The notes beneath the pieces are model-generated. The model saw only the letters and a program-made list of their open reading frames with translations, ran no database searches and had not been told where the DNA came from. A program made the translations under genes and the position numbers. A DNA stretch of 53,844 nucleotides from Candidatus Theseobacter exili (GTDB taxonomy: Bacteria; Auribacterota; JACPWU01; Theseobacterales; Theseobacteraceae), in NCBI GenBank assembly GCA_030765365.1, contig JAVCCS010000076.1:1-53844 (forward strand), in the 5' to 3' direction. Positions 28,576 to 34,779 of this stretch are shown piece by piece; the stretch's first letter is position 1, and the number at the start of each line of letters is the position of its first letter.

Positions 28576-29061
28576 ATGAAGAGATCAGTAATTAAAATGG
28601 TTGAAGAATTTAGATTATTTTGGAAAAATTATGTATTTCAGAGTCTTTTTGCTACTTTTACAACATTCATAGTGCTTTTATTTTTGAGTTTACAATACGC
28701 GGTAATAATAGCATCAATAGCCTCTACTGCCTTTATTGTATTTGCAATGCCGAAAAGCATTACTGCTAAACCAAGGAATATTATAGGAGGTCATTTGGTG
28801 GGACTCTTCTTTGGATCTTTATGTGCGCTAATTCCGCACCATTTATTTTTACCCTCTATTATTGCATACTCATTTGCTGTTGGTTTCTCGATTTTCATAA
28901 TGGTAATTACAGATACAGAACATCCCCCTGCATCAGGTACTGCGTTGGGAGTTGCAATCACAGGCCCGTCTTTGAATATAACTATCGCTGTGATAACAAG
29001 TGTTATAATATTATCACTAGTTCATTATTTCTTTAAGCCATTCTTGAAAGATTTAACATAA
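28576..29061 (+). CDS. HPP-family integral membrane protein
   Basis: 161 aa, 4-5 TM segments, with the diagnostic TEHPPASGTALG motif. Confidence 0.8.
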   Translation: MKRSVIKMVEEFRLFWKNYVFQSLFATFTTFIVLLFLSLQYAVIIASIASTAFIVFAMPKSITAKPRNIIGGHLVGLFFGSLCALIPHHLFLPSIIAYSFAVGFSIFIMVITDTEHPPASGTALGVAITGPSLNITIAVITSVIILSLVHYFFKPFLKDLT

Positions 29062-29098
29062 TATAGAAATTGATATTCCTGATAAATGGAAAGAATCA

Positions 29099-29280
29099 AG
29101 CCAACTAACTAATTAATTTTAGTTTGGGAGGATTCATTATTCTTTTTTTTAAATCTTTGCGGGAAACATCTTTTATAGTAATTATTGTCGCTCGATTATG
29201 CTACGGCGTCTAGTTACGAGTTAGTTTCTTTTGCTTTTAATTCGATATTCTTAAATCGGTGTTCGACATTCATTATTCTT
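29099..29280 (+). repeat. Dispersed intergenic repeat, copy B (long form)
   Basis: Direct repeat of copy A. Its 3' end carries CGGTGTTCGACATTC, also seen at 10159-10173 and, inverted, in copy C. Confidence 0.85.
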
Positions 29281-29285
29281 TATAC

Positions 29286-29594
29286 TTACTTATCCATCTC
29301 ACTAATCACTTCCCAGCCAGCATCTTCTTTTCTCACAACTACATCTACATTCTTCCCTAGAGTTGCAAAATTTGGCCAGGTTAGTTTTACCAGTACTTTA
29401 ACGGTTTTCGCATTTTCCTGGTTAAACTTGAGGAACTTAACTGATATTTCTTTATCTTTTTTATCGTAATACTGAATTATCTTTTCGGAAATTTCAGTTT
29501 TTGTTTTTTGAAAAATCTGAGAGCTGCTGCATGAAACAGAAATAAATGCGGCTAATAGGATACTAAGAAATGAATAACTAGCAACTGATTTCAA
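29286..29594 (-). CDS. Small putative lipoprotein
   Basis: 102 aa. Signal peptide ending in the lipobox-like ISVSC. Lies 10 nt downstream of the SDR gene on the same strand. Confidence 0.6.
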   Translation of the reverse strand: MKSVASYSFLSILLAAFISVSCSSSQIFQKTKTEISEKIIQYYDKKDKEISVKFLKFNQENAKTVKVLVKLTWPNFATLGKNVDVVVRKEDAGWEVISEMDK

Positions 29595-29604
29595 TCGCTT
29601 CTCC

Positions 29605-30360
29605 CTATTTGGTAAAAGAAGTGCCTTTTAGATGCCGTCCTCCATCCACAAACAATACCTGCCCGGTAGTAAAACTACTTTGCAACAGAAACAACACTGC
29701 ATCAGAAACATCCTTTTCACAACCGTGCTGTTCTAAAGGAATCATCTTTGCTCTTTCTTCAACATAAGACATATCGGTGCCTTCTGGAGGCAGAACAAGA
29801 CCTGGAGCAACCGCATTTACTGTTATGTCGGGGGCAAGTTCAAGAGCCAACATTTTTGTCATTTCAAGAAGAAGTTTTTTACTTAAATCATATGCAGCAT
29901 GATCCCTGTCATAGCCAGTAATTCTGGAGTCAAGCAGGTTTATAATTCTTCCTGTACTGCCTGTTTTAACAAATTTACGGGAAAGGATAAATGGGGCTAC
30001 AGCATTAATTTGAAGATTCTTCAAAAGATCTTCAATGGAAAACTCCAACAATCTGTCTGAAGGGAAAATTGATGCATTGTTAATCAAGATATGAATATCA
30101 CCTGCTATTTGAAGACATCTTGAAATAAGATCATCACATTGATCTCTGGATTCAAGGTCTGCCTTAATAGTCCATACGTTAACTCCTAAAGCACGAATCT
30201 CATCTTTTAATATATTGGCTTCTGTCTCTGATTCATTGTAATGAACTAAAATATTTACGCCCTTTTTTGCTAATGCAATACAAATAGCCCTTCCAAGACG
30301 GCGTGCAGCACCGGTAACTAAAGCAGTTTTTCCTTTGAGCGAAAAATCTTTTTGCTTCAT
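29605..30360 (-). CDS. SDR-family oxidoreductase of the pteridine-reductase (PTR1/FolM-like) subtype
   Basis: 251 aa. TGAARRLGRAI (the TGxxxRxG variant of the cofactor motif) followed by ILVHYNESETEA, then NNASIF and the catalytic YDLSK. Confidence 0.7.
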   Translation of the reverse strand: MKQKDFSLKGKTALVTGAARRLGRAICIALAKKGVNILVHYNESETEANILKDEIRALGVNVWTIKADLESRDQCDDLISRCLQIAGDIHILINNASIFPSDRLLEFSIEDLLKNLQINAVAPFILSRKFVKTGSTGRIINLLDSRITGYDRDHAAYDLSKKLLLEMTKMLALELAPDITVNAVAPGLVLPPEGTDMSYVEERAKMIPLEQHGCEKDVSDAVLFLLQSSFTTGQVLFVDGGRHLKGTSFTK

Positions 30361-30403
30361 ATCTAAATCAATCTCTTAATTTGAAATTTACATTCCTGTT
30401 TTC

Positions 30404-31981
30404 TCAAGATTTTTTCCAGGAATAGTACGAAAGAGCATCTTCCAACCATTCATTTGAATTTCTGATGAGTCTTTCCCAATTTGATGCAAGAGAAAGGCCT
30501 CGTGCTGTATCAGCATTCCCTTCACATAACAAAGCAGAAGGAGCAGCTAAATCAATTTGCACTCTTACAGGAACCCTGCAGCGTTCTTCTTCAGGAAGAC
30601 TCTCAAGCAATTGAACCATTGCCTTTGCACCGCTGGACAAAGCACGAAACAATTGAGCTTCACCGCCTATCGCATTAACCATTAACTTATTTATCGGAAC
30701 TAGTCTAACAATTTCCAGAGCACCTGTTTGCTTGTTAGAAATATTGTCAGCTCCAACATACCCTATTCCATCAGGTGAAAATTCTATTTGAAAGATTCTT
30801 GAATATATTGTCTCAAGTATAATTCCTTCTGTTGAAAGCCTGTAATGAGCCCTTAATCCCCATGTTCCGAATTCAATTTGACGGTTTACAATAGGATGAT
30901 ATCTTTTCTGAAATTTGTTTTCAAAATCACAAACGGCATTAACGATAGTTTGCGCTGTTTCAGCACGGGTCTTAGCCTCTTTTCCCATTGCTTCATGCTG
31001 TTTTTCCCCGGATACACCTAAATATGCTTTCATTGTTTCTTCTCGTGAACTCAATCCCATTTCTTTCTGCATTTGTTCAATGTTTAATTTTAAATAAGTA
31101 TCCCGGGTTGATTCCTCCGTTTTAAAAAGGTCATAGATCCAAAGTAGTTCTCTTATTACATGCGGATTATCTGCGTCAAAATCAATAAAGCTGGGATGAG
31201 CGACTGAAGATTTTTCTGAAACCTTTGACATATCCGGCAACAGATAATCATCACCGTGTTTGAGTATTCTGAAACCTCCGAGTCCTCCTCCGCCTTCAGC
31301 CGGTTTAATAAAAAATTTCTTAATCCCCAGCTGACATTCCATATCATCCACCGCTGCCATGATCCTTTCAACTACCTCTTCCACCGAATCATCACCAACA
31401 TGAACCGCGTAAAAATGTGCAACAAGATCCCATTCAGAAGAATTTTTCGAAAGAAGATCGTACGTTCTGGCTTTATCTGAAAATACACTTCCCGGAGCAG
31501 TCAATTTACCCGGCACTACTACAGCACCATTTTCTTCTATTACATTACAAAGGGACAAATCATATGCTCTCTTGTCAACACACTGACTAAACACAAGGGT
31601 ATCATGTGCATTTCCATCAAGAGCCTTTAGCAGTTCATCTCTTTCATTAACTACAACTATCGGAATTTGCACTCCTTTTTTATCTAAACTGGTTTTGAAA
31701 ATCCGCATGGATTCATGAGAAAGAGGCAGGCTGTCGTTAGATGCATCAATTATTACTATTTTATCAGGAGAAACTTCACACTCTTCTCTATTTAATCTAA
31801 ATGCATTGAATTCAGTGTTTATCTTCAAATGTTTATTGAATTGATCAATAAGCTTCCCGTTATATTCTGCTTCAAGTCCATCAAATTTCTTTGCAGCAAT
31901 AAAAAATGGCGCTGACGTTTCTGGAACTGTCGGTGTCTTGCCCTGATAAGCTGACGCATCTCTTTTTAAAGTGTCTTTCAT
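30404..31981 (-). CDS. Divergent ATP-grasp-like ligase (525 aa) with a large insertion
   Basis: FFIKPAEGGGGLGGFRI (ATP-binding Lys strand) and VRVQIDLAAPSALLCEGNAD (a D...E-x-N metal triad-like motif), separated by about 230 aa of unrecognised sequence. N-terminus has DK-containing pre-grasp-like VVVPGKLTAPGSVFSDKARTYDLL. Confidence 0.5.
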   Translation of the reverse strand: MKDTLKRDASAYQGKTPTVPETSAPFFIAAKKFDGLEAEYNGKLIDQFNKHLKINTEFNAFRLNREECEVSPDKIVIIDASNDSLPLSHESMRIFKTSLDKKGVQIPIVVVNERDELLKALDGNAHDTLVFSQCVDKRAYDLSLCNVIEENGAVVVPGKLTAPGSVFSDKARTYDLLSKNSSEWDLVAHFYAVHVGDDSVEEVVERIMAAVDDMECQLGIKKFFIKPAEGGGGLGGFRILKHGDDYLLPDMSKVSEKSSVAHPSFIDFDADNPHVIRELLWIYDLFKTEESTRDTYLKLNIEQMQKEMGLSSREETMKAYLGVSGEKQHEAMGKEAKTRAETAQTIVNAVCDFENKFQKRYHPIVNRQIEFGTWGLRAHYRLSTEGIILETIYSRIFQIEFSPDGIGYVGADNISNKQTGALEIVRLVPINKLMVNAIGGEAQLFRALSSGAKAMVQLLESLPEEERCRVPVRVQIDLAAPSALLCEGNADTARGLSLASNWERLIRNSNEWLEDALSYYSWKKS

Positions 31982-32040
31982 TTTTTTCTATCCTGACAAT
32001 TTGTTTAACATAAAAAATATCATATATTTATTTGGACAGG

Positions 32041-33492
32041 TTACAAACCTGTATGCCCAAATTCACAAGGCACAGCAGACATTGAATCAGCTGGAACCAG
32101 TTTCAGTTTATCATATAAAAATTTTGCTATTTTTTCAGATTCAGCATTAAGATTTATTAAATCAGGCCCAAGAACACTGCCCCATCTCTGCATTTTTAAT
32201 ACAGGCGCACCGGATTCAACACTCATACCTTGTGGCATTCCTCCGGCAACAACAATTTCGTTTTCTGCAACGCTGTCAGTTAATGTTACATCATCTCTTA
32301 TAAATTCAATCTCACTATCTTTAACTCTATAAACTCCAGATTTTACATGGCCCGTAGCAACACAGGTTTCCTTATGCAGGTTGTGAAGGATCAGTTGAGA
32401 ACCGGATAAAACTACTTCCCTATTATTTTCATTGAGATAATCTTTTAATACATACTCATTTAAAAAACTATTTATATGATAAAAAACAATAGGAACCGCG
32501 CCCTCTTTTGTCTCGGCAAGTGTTTGCAACGGCGTTGAATTCTGGAAACGTGGATTAATTTCCAAAGGATAAGGTTTCCCTTCATGAACAATAAAATCGA
32601 TCCCGAATATTCCTTTATAACCATAATGCGCCATCATTTTACCTATAGTACGAGTGTATTCACGAACTTCATCAACAATTTTACTGTCCAGGAATCTAAC
32701 CGAAGTAAAATCATTTCCACAATAGATTGTTTCGCGCATGGCACAAGATTCAGGGCCAACAATCTGTAAAGAAGGCTGACTGACATGGACGGATATCTGG
32801 CCTTTATCATTAAATACTACTGCATTTATATTTAGAGAATATCCGTTAAGATATCGGGATAAAATTGCAGTCTTATCAATATTGCTTTTTTGAATTTTAT
32901 CCAGATCCTCCGATGTCTCAATAAAGAATGTATTCAACCCTGAAGACCCATAAGGAAACTGAACAACCGGCCTTCTGCCGAACTTTGCTACAATTTCGGG
33001 AAAGCGAATATTACCAAGTTCAGCTGTTTCTCCAGGTATTTTTGGAATGCCAAGTTTCTTCAAAAGCCTTCGAAAAATAATTTTATTGTCAAAAAAATTC
33101 TTAATTCTTTCTGGAACAGCCACAATCAGAAAGTTTTTCTGTTTACTTACAAGATTTTCCAGTTCGCCAAAGGACCTATAGCAAAGAAAATATACAGGCT
33201 TCTTAAGTGTATCCAGGAAACTATAGAATCTCTGTCCTTCGACACCTGAAACAGACTGATCCAGGCTTTTATTGCTCCAGAACCTTCTGAATCCCAACAT
33301 CTTTTCAACAGAAAAAGGAGTAATATTGTTAGAAAATGCTGTAACTTCCGGTCCGGAATCACAACTGTAAATAAAGGAAAATGGTATTAAATGGCACATT
33401 GACACCCCATCGTGCGCCCTTTGTCCAAACCAGCCCCAGCTTCCTTCCGGAAGAATTTCAGGCCGTTCTTTTTGTGCTGTATTTGGATACAT
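32041..33492 (-). CDS. ATP-grasp domain ligase (483 aa), substrate unknown
   Basis: DNKIIFRRLLKKLGIPKIPG, VVQFPYGSSGLNTFFI and GYKGIFGIDFIVHEGKPYPLEINPRFQNS (the classical ExN motif). GGAGAA RBS lies inside the upstream gene, with a 1-nt TAATG overlap. Confidence 0.8.
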   Translation of the reverse strand: MYPNTAQKERPEILPEGSWGWFGQRAHDGVSMCHLIPFSFIYSCDSGPEVTAFSNNITPFSVEKMLGFRRFWSNKSLDQSVSGVEGQRFYSFLDTLKKPVYFLCYRSFGELENLVSKQKNFLIVAVPERIKNFFDNKIIFRRLLKKLGIPKIPGETAELGNIRFPEIVAKFGRRPVVQFPYGSSGLNTFFIETSEDLDKIQKSNIDKTAILSRYLNGYSLNINAVVFNDKGQISVHVSQPSLQIVGPESCAMRETIYCGNDFTSVRFLDSKIVDEVREYTRTIGKMMAHYGYKGIFGIDFIVHEGKPYPLEINPRFQNSTPLQTLAETKEGAVPIVFYHINSFLNEYVLKDYLNENNREVVLSGSQLILHNLHKETCVATGHVKSGVYRVKDSEIEFIRDDVTLTDSVAENEIVVAGGMPQGMSVESGAPVLKMQRWGSVLGPDLINLNAESEKIAKFLYDKLKLVPADSMSAVPCEFGHTGL

Positions 33493-34601
33493 TATTTCTC
33501 CAATGTTAAAAAATCCGGAATATGATATGGATCTTCAATTATTCCTTCATCCAGCATTTTTTCGATTAAAATAATATCATTCAATGAAACCTTACCAACA
33601 TATAAAAGATTAATATTATTGCCATTCTGAACGAATTCCTTGATCTTTTTCCTTCCGCTAAGATAATGCACATCTTTTATTAATGCGCCAGGCCCGGAAG
33701 TATCAACCAGTCCTCTTTTTGTCCTTTCCACCAAACGATATGCTAACTGTTCAGGGAAATATTTATTCAGTTCCATATAAGTTTCATAGAAAGACAATTT
33801 CAATGATAACTCAACAGCCAGAGCACGCCCTGCATAAACCTTCTCCTGGGCACAATCTAAACAGGAACAAATATCCTCTGCATACACTGCCAAACCCTCT
33901 TCTGTTTCATTATACCCGGCAAAACCGGTCTGAAACATTTTAAATGGCTGCCTGCTTCCGTTTTCGCCTCTTAAAACATGCACCTGTATTTCATGAACCT
34001 TCAGCCTTTCAATTTCACTCGACATATAATTAAGATCCCGATTTACAATTACTTTTTTATGCCGTGGATCTATACGAACCTTTGAAGCTACATTTGATTC
34101 CAGAACAATCTTCCAGGGCAAAGATAAACGTTCCAATTCATTTTTTAAGGATTCAAACACTTCATGAGCTGAAACAGGTTCATTAAAATCTGCCATACTG
34201 GTATTTAAAAGTATCTTTCTGGCATCTTTGATGACCTCTTTATCACATACACCATGCAATTTCTCGGAAAAAACGCTGAAATTCCTGTCGTGCCTGAATT
34301 CCAGAAAATCAAGTTCAATTAAAAGCCTTTTCAACTGCTTGCTGTATAATTTTCCTAAAGCAGAATCATCAAAAGTAAATTCGGATAAAGACTTACGGAA
34401 AGAATCAAGTTCAGGACTAGTTTGATATATGTATTGTGGATTATATATTTTCCCGCTGCTGATATTATCTAAAAATAGTTTTCTCTCTTCAGGTCTGTTA
34501 ACTGGAAGTAAAACAGATGAAAAGTCTATTTTCCCCAGCATTTGCCTGACATAATTTTCAAAAATAATTATTTGTTCAAATACATTATTCATAAAATCCA
34601 T
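33492..34601 (-). CDS. DUF1704 / MATCAP-like metallo-carboxypeptidase family protein ('QEGLA motif' family)
   Basis: 369 aa. HEIQVH (HExxxH, nt 33978-33995) followed 26 residues later by ETEEGLAVYAE (the EEGLA part is at nt 33888-33902). This is the signature arrangement of the DUF1704 family. Confidence 0.75.
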   Translation of the reverse strand: MDFMNNVFEQIIIFENYVRQMLGKIDFSSVLLPVNRPEERKLFLDNISSGKIYNPQYIYQTSPELDSFRKSLSEFTFDDSALGKLYSKQLKRLLIELDFLEFRHDRNFSVFSEKLHGVCDKEVIKDARKILLNTSMADFNEPVSAHEVFESLKNELERLSLPWKIVLESNVASKVRIDPRHKKVIVNRDLNYMSSEIERLKVHEIQVHVLRGENGSRQPFKMFQTGFAGYNETEEGLAVYAEDICSCLDCAQEKVYAGRALAVELSLKLSFYETYMELNKYFPEQLAYRLVERTKRGLVDTSGPGALIKDVHYLSGRKKIKEFVQNGNNINLLYVGKVSLNDIILIEKMLDEGIIEDPYHIPDFLTLEK

Positions 34602-34719
34602 ACTAATATATTTTAAAAATTCAATTATAGTAAGTGCTCATCATAAAATATATTAGGCTCAAATAATAACTAATATTTTAAAAAAAGAACCTTAGATAGA
34701 AGAGAGAAGAACCCGACAT

Positions 34720-34758
34720 AAAAAAACGCAGCAACCGGAGTAAACAGCTGCTGCGTTT
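34720..34758 (-). terminator. Rho-independent terminator of the adhesin gene
   Basis: On the minus strand, AAAACGCAGCA...TGCTGCGTTTT forms a perfect stem of at least 9 bp (34725-34733 pairs with 34749-34757), followed by a 7-nt U-run. It lies about 20-60 nt after the stop at 34780. Confidence 0.8.
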
Positions 34759-34779
34759 TAATAGATAATTCAATTACAT

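Noticed and set aside
29185-29469. 94-aa plus-strand ORF spanning repeat copy B and the lipoprotein gene
   Set aside because: It starts inside a non-coding repeat and runs antisense to a better-supported lipoprotein CDS.
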